From: Hormiphora californensis | Lineage: Eukaryota > Animalia > Ctenophora | DNA: 64,000 bases | Assembly (NCBI GenBank): GCA_020137815.1 | Contig: CM035362.1 | Location: 310,001 to 374,000 of the forward strand | Reading direction: 5' to 3' | Shown: positions 47,001-58,344 of the stretch, piece after piece | Layout: each line of letters starts with the position of its first letter | Position numbering within the stretch: the stretch's first letter is position 1 | The notes under the pieces: generated by a model | Seen by the model: the letters and a program-made list of their open reading frames with translations, nothing else | Databases searched by the model: none | What the model was told of the DNA's origin: nothing | Position numbers and translations under genes: made by a program

Positions 47001-47334
47001 CGAAAGTTTCTCTCGAGGGAGCGTTTACAGAGTTCCGGGCAGACTCCTTGAATAATGGGCTGAACCTAGACAAACGAAGAAGAAACATCATCAAAACTGC
47101 TAGCAAATACAAATCTAAATTTACCGGACTCCTTTCCCCGACCGATAAATTGAGATAATATGGATCAGCTTTAGGACTATGGAACTATGGATAAGCGTGT
47201 ACCTAAGGAGCTCAAAACAACAAAATCCTCGTCTTTGACTGATCCCGAGATGTCAACTATAGGGTTTTTTTCCTTCCAGCCACTCTCACTTTCAACTACA
47301 CTGGGTGGCTCCGGATGATAGGCATCACCTCGCA
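40864..47334 (-). CDS. Gustatory-receptor-like 7TM ion channel (7TMIC, GrlHz/CG3831-like), multi-exon; carries apparent lesions
   Basis: Spliced translation: ILNIYIFMLKLLGLRNF..RVINILWMVFIFSIIIVGYALNITLCQ..C..LIPTILHFVSYGYTFWVYRV..EALLQKAL..FILQTMLISYLLTELRE..FLHRMNSESGPAM..RVFGYTP..ELDSFHYYIRALRMR|AKLFQYPM..LLVMAVLCLDVAGQI*. This matches my recollection of the GrlHz pattern. The terminal exon is 40965-40864. The 5' exon joins (46970-47334) are unresolved. Confidence 0.72.
41206..42180 (-). CDS. Intronless rhodopsin-class 7TM GPCR, 324 aa, paralogue of the 15796-16848 gene; nested in an intron
   Basis: 7 TMs, LATAD, SIVRYIQIKYPF, NPIVY. The first 10 residues (MAIFSEGGTS) are identical to the other GPCR. 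Confidence 0.87.
   Translation of the reverse strand: MAIFSEGGTSSPDFLLFLFFILLPCFSIPLNCLVIRHNYWKPPSISRTLYLILATADLIVCPFISYKMVAGLWEPKDPDCITDHCFNCEDQYYSFIKKSNDLPSLIYGQIANVVIIAPITNTSILSIVRYIQIKYPFVAIPKLVVIGVLMGIMILPLATDMGYWTLAQTDEWTAVWSSLLQLNFIFTKDNINFIIVMVPCIILIMLGTLSTILTLIHLIWRYFHPVGGVRHSSSSSLRILIMNTLSVIHSALFVIEHYLLIQQGSAQLRLCGEIPFPIYIDTRLDLTVLKYIVWIVLPVLTSLVNPIVYIAFSNTVLRRARWIC
43787..43905. repeat. 21-bp tandem repeat (GTGATCCGTCAGTGTGACGAC)
   Basis: About 5.5 copies, intronic. Confidence 0.9.
44036..44370. repeat. (GA)n/(GAGACA)n microsatellite; similar (CT)n tracts at 4170-4290, 11400-11625, 58228-58380, 59219-59410, 60066-60265
   Basis: Direct reading. Confidence 0.95.
45662..45875. repeat. 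(AAACC)n degenerate microsatellite
   Basis: Direct reading. Confidence 0.9.
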
Positions 47335-48473
47335 TCCTACAACAGCTAACATAATAATTCAACACTCGAGAATGAAAATTTGGTGGTTATCAGAGTGAGA
47401 GAGAGAGGGGGGAGAGAGAGAGTCACGCGTTCCTAGGTGTTAGAGTCGAACCAGCTGGAAACACAAGAGAATACAAGTGAGCGAGTGTTATCTTAAAGTG
47501 CTTTATCTGCTTGTGGGAGCCGGTATCAGGTTTCACGCCTGCCAAGTTGGACGGAACAAGAGGGAAGAGACGGAGTTTCATCTCTACATACATATCCGTA
47601 TCGTGTGTGGAATCTTCAAGTGTCCTAAAATTTAGTTCAATAAACTATCGATGAACATACTTCCAGGCCACTGTAGTCTGTAAACTTGTTTCATCTCTAT
47701 TCTGTCATTTTCCCATTTTCCAGCGCTCTATCTCTACTTGATCGAATTTGTTCAGCAGTAAGTGAGTGATACAATTTGTCTTTTTTTAATCTTATAAGTA
47801 TAAAAGAGAATCCAGATGATTCATATTTAATGTACAAAATTTAGTGAAAATGTATTTCGTGATCTACCGTGCCAGCTGGCATCACGATATTACGTCTGAC
47901 CCCTGTTCAAAGATCTATTTACATCACGCTCCACTGTCTTTACACAGGTAGGTACAAGGAAGCTGAATATCTTTGTAATTAACTAGCCCAGATCATATCA
48001 GATGTATGATATGACTTTATTATGTCTATGAACCCTTGTTTGCGGGGCGTGCAAAACAGAGTCTAGCTAGGCAAGATATTGACTATGATACAACTCTATG
48101 CAGCTATAATACAACTATGCAGCTCTATTATACCTTTCCCAGTTTTTCAAACTTACTCCTTGACCCCGTAATGAGATACTTATTTTCATACAAACTTTAA
48201 ATCAAACGGTATATGAATCAATTCTGTTTACAGATCACTTACAATGAAGTTAAAAAAAACACACCATGTTCGAAAAACAGTTCAACAGTTACAAGTGTAG
48301 TCACTAGTCAGTTTTCAAATTCGGAACTTCATAATGATCCTCCTCCCCCTCGTACCTCCCTCAGTATCCTCAACATCTTCCACTCCACCACATGTCCTCT
48401 CCATACAGGGTTCCCAATAACTAACCCCATCTCATACCGGGCAGTTTCCTCTGGACAGTGATTATAAAGGTGA

Positions 48474-49472
48474 CTACCCGTTGAATACCCCTCCATATCT
48501 CCCTCGCTGCTGATCTGGTGGGTCTCCGGGTGTCTCGTTTTGAGATGTATCTCCTATCACTGCTCCTGCTGCCTCTAATCCCTCTCCTTGTGCCCCTACT
48601 TCTCCTCCCCCTCTTTGACACCAGGGTGACACATCATGTTGGATCAAAGTTGGGATTATAGATCTAGTGGTAGGATAACTCACTGTTTCATAGATTCTTT
48701 CCTCCTCCTCCTCCTCTATCCCTGTAAAACCATCCTCTGGTAATATCTCATAGTTAGTAGAATCCGACGTACCGTCACCTGTTATACTAGGTCCACGGAT
48801 CATGGGGTCTGGCAGTGTTTCATAGAACGCCTCCTCCGATTCCTGGACTGTATAGTTTTCCTTCTGGTTCTTCTCTCGTTTTTCTTTCAGGTGAATGATC
48901 TGAATTCGCAGGAGCACGGTACAACATACTGTAAGAAGAGCTATAGCAACTAGCAACACACCAACTATGACCTTGTATTGGGTTTCTGTTTTAGTTGAGC
49001 TATCCCGATAAGAATCCAACTTTTCCATACATGCCATTAGGGCAGTTCCGCTACAGTTGCTAAATCCCTGAGTTTGATTGTTAACTTCTACTTCCCGATT
49101 ATTGGAGTTCAGACATTTCGTAGTCTTGTTTCTTGAAGCTTCCAACTCAGACTCACACTGTTCTAACTTTGATTTTTCCTGATTTAACGAAGATGCACAT
49201 GTTGTTAGACAGTCTTTGAGTTCATCATCCGGATTATCAGCAGGATTATCAGTATCATTGATTGGCTGATGTTTAGTAACAATGCTATTATCAAGGGTGG
49301 TGATTGGGGGAACGGTTGGTACAGGTGGCATCTTTTCCGTCTTGGGTGGCTCGGTGTTGCTGTTGTTGAGTGGCTTGCGGGTAGGTGGTTTGAATGAACT
49401 GCTTCTTCTCCTTCTGGAAAAGTAAGCAACTGATCCGCAGAAACAGCAACAATAGAGCAGAAGCAAACGCAT
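48474..49472 (-). CDS. Single-exon type I membrane protein with Tyr-motif-rich cytoplasmic tail
   Basis: Signal peptide, SRRRR, Pro/Thr stalk, Cys-containing coiled coil, TM (VIVGVLLVAIALLTVCCTVLL), basic stop-transfer, and a tail with YETL, YEIL, YETV. Confidence 0.75.
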   Translation of the reverse strand: MRLLLLYCCCFCGSVAYFSRRRRSSSFKPPTRKPLNNSNTEPPKTEKMPPVPTVPPITTLDNSIVTKHQPINDTDNPADNPDDELKDCLTTCASSLNQEKSKLEQCESELEASRNKTTKCLNSNNREVEVNNQTQGFSNCSGTALMACMEKLDSYRDSSTKTETQYKVIVGVLLVAIALLTVCCTVLLRIQIIHLKEKREKNQKENYTVQESEEAFYETLPDPMIRGPSITGDGTSDSTNYEILPEDGFTGIEEEEEERIYETVSYPTTRSIIPTLIQHDVSPWCQRGGGEVGAQGEGLEAAGAVIGDTSQNETPGDPPDQQRGRYGGVFNG

Positions 49473-51189
49473 ATCGTGTGAGTGAAACTATGCTTACCAA
49501 GTCTCATTCTTCCCTGTTATTTACTTCCTTACTCTACCAAGAAATACGCTGCTCACAGCACATTTGTCAGAAACATCCAGACCACGACATGAGTCGATGA
49601 GACCTCGACTGAGTTCAATAAGTGAAGTGTTCAATAAGTAAAACCCAGATGAACTACTCAATAAGTCAATAAAACTTTTCTAGATTGTATCACAAGTAAT
49701 TGGCTATCTCTAGTCTAGTAGTCTATCTCTCTCTCAATGACTCTTCTTAGCTCTCATATCCATATATTATCTCTCCCGAATTTCAAATTTACTCAACCAA
49801 ACCATAACAGATTTTGATATTGAATAGGTTACCCTGAATGTACAATATGTACATTATTACATTACACAATATGATCACTTGTCTTGTCCGTAAAGGTATA
49901 ATCACGAAATAAGAAAAAGAAGAAGAAGGAGACTGATGATATAAAAATAATCAGGGATAACATTTTGTTACTCCATAGTTATAGAGAAGTGTAAATCCTT
50001 TCTTCAACTTATTTTCTCCATATCATTCCATTCTTCACTTGTGCCACCTGTTCCCCAGTCCCCCATTTTAGCGAACATCCTATTCCATTGTGGGTTTTAC
50101 TGCAAATGTTTCGTTCCGTGATCAGGTACTAAACCATTTTAAGATCTTAGATCATCAACTTTAGGTTTACCGTCGATATTAACTCTGTTTAGTGAGTTTG
50201 TCGCACTGTATTTTATGTCGTGCGATAAGACCTATTCTCATTATATATATGTTCGGTAATATGACACTGACCAGCCCCGCGTTATGATTCTCTTCTCTTC
50301 TACACACAACCTGTGTGACATAGGCTGTAACACACCTACTAGACATTTTAGAGCTGCCCAGAGGGCTTGAAATGTATTACGTATGAGAATAAGAGAATTG
50401 AGATACATAATATACAGTCAAACCTCAATTTACCGACCTCGGGGGAATTCACTAATTCACATAAACTGCTAAATTTGGGAAATTTTATCCGTCTATTCAT
50501 GTATTTTGATGAAACAAGATTCTTTGAAATTTGATTTGCTATTCACCCCAGTTTACTCCTCTGCAGTTAGTGAAGCACCGCGATTGTAATTTTCTAGATG
50601 GTGCAAGTGTGTTTGTATTGTGTTTTTACGGTCTACATATAATATAATGGCAAGCCAACTTGTTTCTAACTTGTTTCTATTCGTCTACATATAGACATAA
50701 ATATGATAAAGCTACGCCTACATTTACGTACCTACTACTACATGTAGGTACCTATAACCAACTTAGCTTTCAGTTTCATCGAGTTATGTTGATAACAATT
50801 GTGACCCCAGGGCCCAGCGGTTGTAATTAGTTATACTAGGTGGTTATATGTAATATTAAATCTACCCCACTGGACAACAGCAAGCCTTCTCTCTGTAACA
50901 TGAGACTTCAATTTGAAACTTGATCGCCTTTGGAACATTTTGTGAAGACAGATTGAAACTTTTTCCTTTCGGTGCCTTGCTACGCTAGTTCTATCATTAC
51001 CATCTGGTCCAGTGACTCCTGCCAGTCACTAACTCAGTGGCCCTACCGCTAGTTAACCAACCGGTTGTGAGCCCTGTCACTGTTTCCATACATTCTGAGT
51101 TAGTTTTTAATTCTAATGAAGTTATTTCTATTCTGAGTTAGCTCCCTTTTAGACACCTTTTAATGTTTTAATGAATTGATTTCCTTAGT

Positions 51190-54100
51190 ATGTTTTTGTT
51201 GTTTCTATTATTCCACGCATGCCTGGGGCAGGAGGAGGAAGGGAAGTATGACAGATCTAAACTCGTCCCTCCTTCTCATAAACCCTTTGGTAAGTCTTTA
51301 TGTCGAGGCTTTTGGATAAAGTTAAAATTATATTTTTTTCTTCGGTTTTTAATCCTAAGATAACATGATCCATGACAGGTATGAGGTTATTCCTAACCAA
51401 AGACCCCAACAAGTTAACTCTCTACTGGAACTGTCGGGGGTATGACGACATTGAATCACCTGACTTTGTAAAAGGGAGCTCAGTAAACATCTCCTATGCG
51501 GGCAAAGTCAAACCAACCGAAGTAAGGTAATTATCAAATAAATTGTTTAATTACCTTAATTATTTGTAATAATTAAGATAATTAATTAATGTGTTAACTT
51601 TTATAATTTATTTAAATCTCTCAGGTGGGCTAACGATAACACAAAGGTGTCCTACTCCAAAAGAGCGGACCACTTGAACACCTACCTTCAGTTCAACACC
51701 ACAGTTGATCTTGATACGTCACCCAACTCAACCAATAAACCACAGATATCCTATACAGTATCGTGCTATAACAATACCTCTCATAAACACAAGGTGAGGA
51801 GGGGGTGAGGAGAAATACAGTTTTACAAACATTCAAAAGGAATGCAAGTGAAATAAAGCTACAGATCATGGTTTCCAGCAATCTCACTAAAGTTCAAAAA
51901 GTTTTACAAAAGACACTGGGGAGTACCCACAAAATATATCCCTACTCCACATATCAAATATCTGTTTCCTGCTCCAGATTCACTACAATTTCTGTTTCCT
52001 CTCCCCTGCAGATTCACTACAAACACTGGGAGGACAGTAAAGATACTGTGAAGGATATTTGGACGGTGGCCGCTGCTGGATCTGTTGGAACCTTTCTAAA
52101 TGTTAACAAGTCCATCAGGTGTGTGATATTACCCTCCTTTTAGAATTTTTAACCCTAATATAATATGTTCTAACCCTTCTCTAAAATATCTGTCTTGGGG
52201 CCGACTTTTTCGATAATTCTCCCCCCCCCCCAACCCCCGAATGAACTAAATTCTATTCCAGCACAATATCCTGGCTAGCTGGGCAGTCTAATAATCTTCT
52301 CTGGGTGATTCCTGGTGGAGTCCTAACTGACAGCAAAACAAACTCCCTGAAAGAGGTAGCTGTCTAACACGTTAAATGAATATCAAGGAAACCTGTCAGG
52401 CCAATTCTCTGACCGCGGTTCCCGTCTAAATTAGAATAGGGTCAGGCTAATGCTCTGTCAAGGAAGATTGTGATCCACTTGCGAGAGAATTAATTCATTT
52501 CCCCATTCTACAGGTGTTTGATGAATGGTTGCTATGGTTACAGATAGTTGACGTGTTGACGTGTTGTGTTCCCCTCGTGGCGGCCCCCTCGGAACTTGAT
52601 CTATCCTTGGATGAAGAACTCTTTCACTATTTCCTCCCTCAGCCAGTAGTTGCAGAGGTGTGTTACAATTGATTCATTTTTAGCTTTGTTGAAAACAAAT
52701 ATTGAAATTCGAATAATATACCTTCATTACCGTGCTAGAACTGAGTTCTAACCGGACTTAATCCCTGGAATCCATTGTTGATTTTACTCAATCCACTCCC
52801 TGCAGAAGTCTCACTGGTACAGTTTTGATCACCGGAACATGCACATGGTAGTGACGTGTGCTCACTGTGACCTCAATACAACCTCCCCACAATACAGGTA
52901 CATTGCAGCCCACATATCAGAGCAGTACAGGTTCACTGCAGCCCACATCTAAACACTGTCAGCTAGAGCATTGCATGAGAACCGCGGTCAGAACATTGAC
53001 CTGACAGTGTAAACACCGTGGTGTTGTTCATATATCTAGTATATCTACATTCTACAGCTGTTTCCGTTTAAAAAAAGAAATAACCGCATCACAGATAGCC
53101 ATACTAATACTATTTCAGATGGCTAAACTCCGACCTAAAGGCAAGTTCAGAGCGCTCTGGGGTCCACTGGACGACTCTTATCGGGCATGAGTCACGGCAC
53201 CACCAGGGCGGTCCTGGGAAGGTGGTCCTGGATGAAATGGCTAACGAGTACAATGTGGACTTTGCCGTGTGGAGTCACGAGAGGTGGTATGAACGGAGTC
53301 AACCAATGAGACGAGACAAGGTAAGGGTTGCCATGGTTGCAAGGTAGGGTGTTGCCTTGGTAGAATTTGTTTTCCTCACACTGTGCGCTCTGTGGGGGCT
53401 AGGTAGATTATTTCATGAATTGAAAATTAAGTTTCAATGATGATAATGATTTAATGTGATGCCCTACAGGTCACAAAAGCGAGTGCGTCAAGCTTACTGA
53501 CCAATGTGAACGGGACGATTCATTATACGTGTGGTACAGGAGGCAGCCCTCTCTCAACGTACAACATGACAAAATATAACGATAGTGCTTACTTTGAACA
53601 AAGGTACATGCACACTGTGCATAGTGATGTAAAGAAAGAATCTGATTTCAATGAAAGGGCTTATTCTTTTCAACCTTTTTAGTGTGACCGGTTACTGAAT
53701 GCTATGTTTGGGCCCTTTGTGGGATGAAGTAAATTCATATTATCGATGCGTTCCTATATTTATTAATATACTCATTAATGCCTCTTCAGGTACTATGGTG
53801 CGTGTGTCTTACAAAGAGTCTCCTATTCTACTTATGATTCTGTATTCTTCTATGTCAATCCCACCAAAAACAACGCCATCGAACAGACTGATTTCATTCA
53901 GGTAATAGGTACATACAGTCGGACCCGATTTACCGGACCCCGATTTACCGGGAGGAAAAACCTCCCCCGAAACTAACAGTATTTGACCCCAATTTACCGG
54001 GCGAAACCCTTTCCCCCAGCACCCCGGTAAATCGCGGGGTCCAACTGTAATGAACTGAAAGTGACCTTTGCTGTCAGATTTATTTTAAGATGTACAAGCT

Positions 54101-55226
54101 CACATGTCAATCTGTGTCTCGACATGTCTCTTTAAATTTGTTGAGCAATGGACGACATCTCACCACTCAACAAGTGACTTGAAGGAACGTTTAATGATAG
54201 TGTAGATCTGTTCTCTTTTATATAGAGTTCGAAGAATTAAATTGTATAGCAAAATTATTATAGTGAGGAAGGGTGTACCCCTAGTATTATATATCATATT
54301 CATTGATTGAGTACTTTGATTGATTGTTACCCCTTACAAGTAAAAAAGGAAGAGGGATCCACGAGAATACAACCCTAAACTAGAATTATACCTATTTCAG
54401 ATAAAGAAGGAGAAAGTAAAGCCACCTGATTTCAATGACGGACACTTTGCTTCTTTCATGAAGATATTCGGGATAGTACTGCTGGGTGGAGCGTCAGTGA
54501 TGATCCTGCTAACCCTCGTTATCAAGGCAATTGTGAATACATGTACAAACTTAGGGGGAAGGGAGGGTGCATACATGTACCAAACGTAGGGGGAAGGACC
54601 AGGGAGGGTGAATACATGTACCAAACTTTATGTAGGGAGCCGGAGAGGGCCAGGGAGGGGTTTCATTGGAGGGTGCTGCATGTAAACTTTATAAGGGGTT
54701 GTGTATCACAATTTACTGGGTAGTAAGCGAATGTAAAACTATTTGTATTCTCCCTTATCGCTGTGTTTCCCCCACATATTACTAACACGTCACCCTGTTC
54801 AGATTGTCCAAGAGCGAGATCCATCCTTTATACCAAACAAGATAAGGAACATTCCCCGGTGGATCCGATACAGCAGGAGAGAACAGGGCGAACAGATCGA
54901 GTTGGAGGAAGATCCTAACAACGCTGACATGACCGCAGAGGTAAGAAATATATATGAAGGATTTCAAACAGTTTTTTATTGTTCCTTGCTCTGGCAAACC
55001 CTCACTGAGTGTGTAATTTTATGAAATAATGTGAGATACACAAGTTGTTCCTTAGTTTCTAACATTTCTGACAATATATTTTAACTAAATTTGATTCTAA
55101 TTTGATATATTCTCCTAGGACGGGTATGATGGTGATAAGGTGATGTTGATTGAGGAGGATGAGGAGACTCTACAAAGACAGGCAGACATACAATCCACCC
55201 AGTTGATACATTGTCAGATAAGGTGA
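51190..55226 (+). CDS. Membrane-anchored purple acid phosphatase-like (metallophosphoesterase fold) protein with degenerate metal ligands, 13 exons
   Basis: Signal peptide MFLLFLLFHACLG. PAP-like segments FDEWLLW..VPLV, WYSFDHRNMHMVV, SPQYRWLNSDL, WTTLIGH, EYNVDFAVWSHERWYER and GTIHYTCGTGG. TM (IFGIVLLGGASVMILLTLVI) and an acidic tail. All exons are in phase. Confidence 0.8.
53915..54047. mobile_element. Short pogo/Tigger-like MITE (TA|CAGT...ACTG|TA); related copies near 6690, 42490, 45058, 50414
   Basis: TACAGTC termini with GATTTACCGG / CCGGTAAATC subterminal motifs. Confidence 0.6.
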
Positions 55227-55686
55227 TGAGGTCCATGATACATGACACATGTTTGGCCTTGTTTGGCAGCTGTACAAAATGGAGGATGAGGGTAGTATAC
55301 CGAATTTTGGCCCAGAGTTCGGCCGTGATTTTCAGAATGAAAAAAAAAAGTGCAGTGGATATTATGCTGTTGACCAGACTGTGACCACAATGGTATTCGT
55401 GATTAAATTTTGTAAGTTTTTAACATTTTAAGAGCAACAAAATAATATTGAATTTAGTCAAAGAAGAGTTAAAAATAAAAAACATGGAAGAAAATGCATT
55501 CCATTCGGTCAAGGATCATAGTCACAAAAATGCTGCACTGACTTCGTCAAATTCACAATACCCTGATAAAAATGCTGCACTGTCAAATTCACAACACCCT
55601 GATAAAGATAAAACAAGACCTCTGAAGTTATACCGGTGGTGGAAACAATATCACATTCCAAAAAACACCAAAAAGTTTATGAAAAT

Positions 55687-57576
55687 CTAAACAAAGACTT
55701 TTACCCGACCCCCTTGAACACTGTACTCATTATTTTCATACACAGTCTCGTCCATGAACTCCTCTTCTTCCGAGGTCGTGACGTCATTATTGTTCGATGT
55801 TTCTCCTGATGATGATGATGATTCGTGCCAGTCGACAACATTCTGATTCTGATAAACCGTATCTCGTCCAGCCTCCCCAGCCATCACCGTATCTCGTCCT
55901 GTTTCCTCCGACATTGACCTCTGTAGCTGCAGTTTCTCCCGTGGTTGTTTGATAACAGCAGCTTCCCTCACCACCCCTGGTTCGTAATTCTCGTACATTG
56001 CACGGGGATGAGAAAACCCGTCAGTGTACTCATTATCCTCATCAGTAGAGGGGACCTGTGAGGAGTGTTGGTTGGCGTACAGAGCTGCAGCTATTGTCTT
56101 CCCTGGTTTCTGGGGTAGGCTTGAAGCTCTGTTCTCCCTTGGTTGTCCGGATGATAACTTGTCTCGAGATGGTCGAGGTGGTGGTTTTGTATCTCGTGGA
56201 GGATTTGGAATCTTTCGTTCATTCTCCCTAACCTGAGATAACCTGACACTGTTCACATACACCCCTGAAACGGCAGCGATGTTGAGTTGTTTGGGGGACC
56301 GAGGTTCCAGTTCTACCGAGAACCTGTTATCATCAGAGCTTATCTGCCGTGGTCCCATCTCCCTCATAAACCGGCGATCCCTTGATTCAGTATCGCTCCA
56401 ATTAGGAGCGGACACTGCCCCAATACCCTCGGGACCGGAAGTCCGTAGTTTGAGTGGCTGATGCATATAGATAGTCGGTTCCAAATCTACCCCATCCATT
56501 TTATCTTCTGAAGATTGCGGGGTAATATGGTTTGGTAAGCGTCCCGATTTAGACCGTGATCCTAGCATCATCGGGTGAGATCGTGTGGGACTGGAGATAT
56601 TTCCTGCGCTGGAATGTCTCACGGGTGTGTTGTGAGGTACTGGACATGTGGTGACCGAGGTTTGTTTCTTGATTCGCTCCAGAGTGGAGGTGGGACGGTG
56701 GGCCAGGGAGCTTATCTGGTCATCCATCGTCATCACCCCGTCCTCACACCTGCAAATTATTATATAGGAGATGATATATGTTGTAAATGAAAGGGAAGTC
56801 CAATTTCAATTTTTGTTTATTATAACTTGAAGCTGATGTATGTATGTTCAGGCACATTTTCCAATAAATATATATTTTGGCATATAATTTGGCAAATGGC
56901 AGTTTGCAATGAAAGTTGAATGTCAATTTTCGTTCAATTTTGACACATTCAGGTGAATTTTCGAAACTTACGTGAACCGAGACCGGGACTGGGCTGGTTT
57001 CAGGTCAGGTGTGTCCATGAGGAGTTCAGGAGCTGGGGGAGGGAGTTCCTGGCGGGGAGAACCATTGACAACTGGATATGGGGGCATATCATCGCCCTGG
57101 GCCTCTAAGTGATCCTCCTGAGACCAGACTTGCTGTCCTGGGTTTACTGGAAGGGAAGAGACACCGTGTTATTGCATACACTTTTAGGGTCGTTGTTTTT
57201 GTAAGAATGCACTCAGTAATTTACTGACTCATGAATATATAAGGGGTTGCTTACGGCGTGGTTTAGGTTTCACTGTGTACTTTCTCCTTCGATCGGAAAA
57301 GTAAATGTAGTAACACGAACAAATCCCACCTGGAGAGAAATGTGAAGAATGTTGGAATATGTTAGCTATGAAGTTCCAAAGATACTATAATTAAATGAGG
57401 GTATAATACCCTCCAATAAATGGATAGCATGATGATTCAAGAAAAACAAAAAGAATTGGTGCAGTACGATTGTGAACACTACCTATGAGAATCAAGACAC
57501 CAACAGCCCCGATTAGTAAATAGATCCACACTTCCATAAAGAAGACTTCCAATATAACCCACAAGGAGTTAGCCAT
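55687..57576 (-). CDS. Type III transmembrane adaptor-like protein, about 468 aa, 4 exons
   Basis: Exons 57576-57483, 57329-57255, 57146-56972 and 56749-55687 (phases 1,1,2). N-terminal TM followed by GICSCYY..RRRK, then a long low-complexity tail with PxxP and YxN motifs. Confidence 0.8.
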
Positions 57577-58312
57577 GATTCTGAGCTGCTGCGAAAGAAA
57601 AAGTTAATACAAAAAGCTGGATGAACAACTGCAATATTGAATATATAAAGCCCAACAACATAGCTCTTGTCTGAAAGAGATATCAAAAGTTCTTAATATG
57701 ATAATAAAAATATCAGTATTCGCTAACAATCAACATATCATCTCTATAACAGAGCTGTTTGTATAGAATACTTTATACCAGCAGCTGTATAACACTATTT
57801 TAAGCTCCCTCTCTCTTAGGAAGGTGTATGAGTGTGATGTAGGGTGTGGAATGGAAGCCAGGTGGCATGCATTAGATGGAATTCCATCCACGGAATAAGA
57901 AGCAGAATGAAATCAAAGAACTGGATATTGATTCAAAAGATAAATGATAGCCTCAAACAAAACTAACAATTAATCGGGTTGTCAAACACTGACTGTACAG
58001 TGTACATGAACATCACGCAACCTTCGTCCGGTGCGAAGAGGACGGTCTTTTATGAGACAATAATCGGGTTACATCTTACCTTTGACAAACTACGTACATG
58101 TCGAAGCAAATATGAAATTCAGTTAAATTATTTATTTTACAATGTAAAAGAGGAACGTAAGGTACCCCAGTTATAAACATCTGTCATCTTCAAGAAAAAA
58201 TGTCACCTTATACGTAGAGGCCTTCTATCTCTCTCTCTTTCTCTCTCCTTCTCTCTCTCTCTCTCTCTCTCTATCCTTCTCTCTCCCTTTCTCTCCCTTT
58301 CTCTCTCTCTCT

Positions 58313-58344
<32 letters not shown>

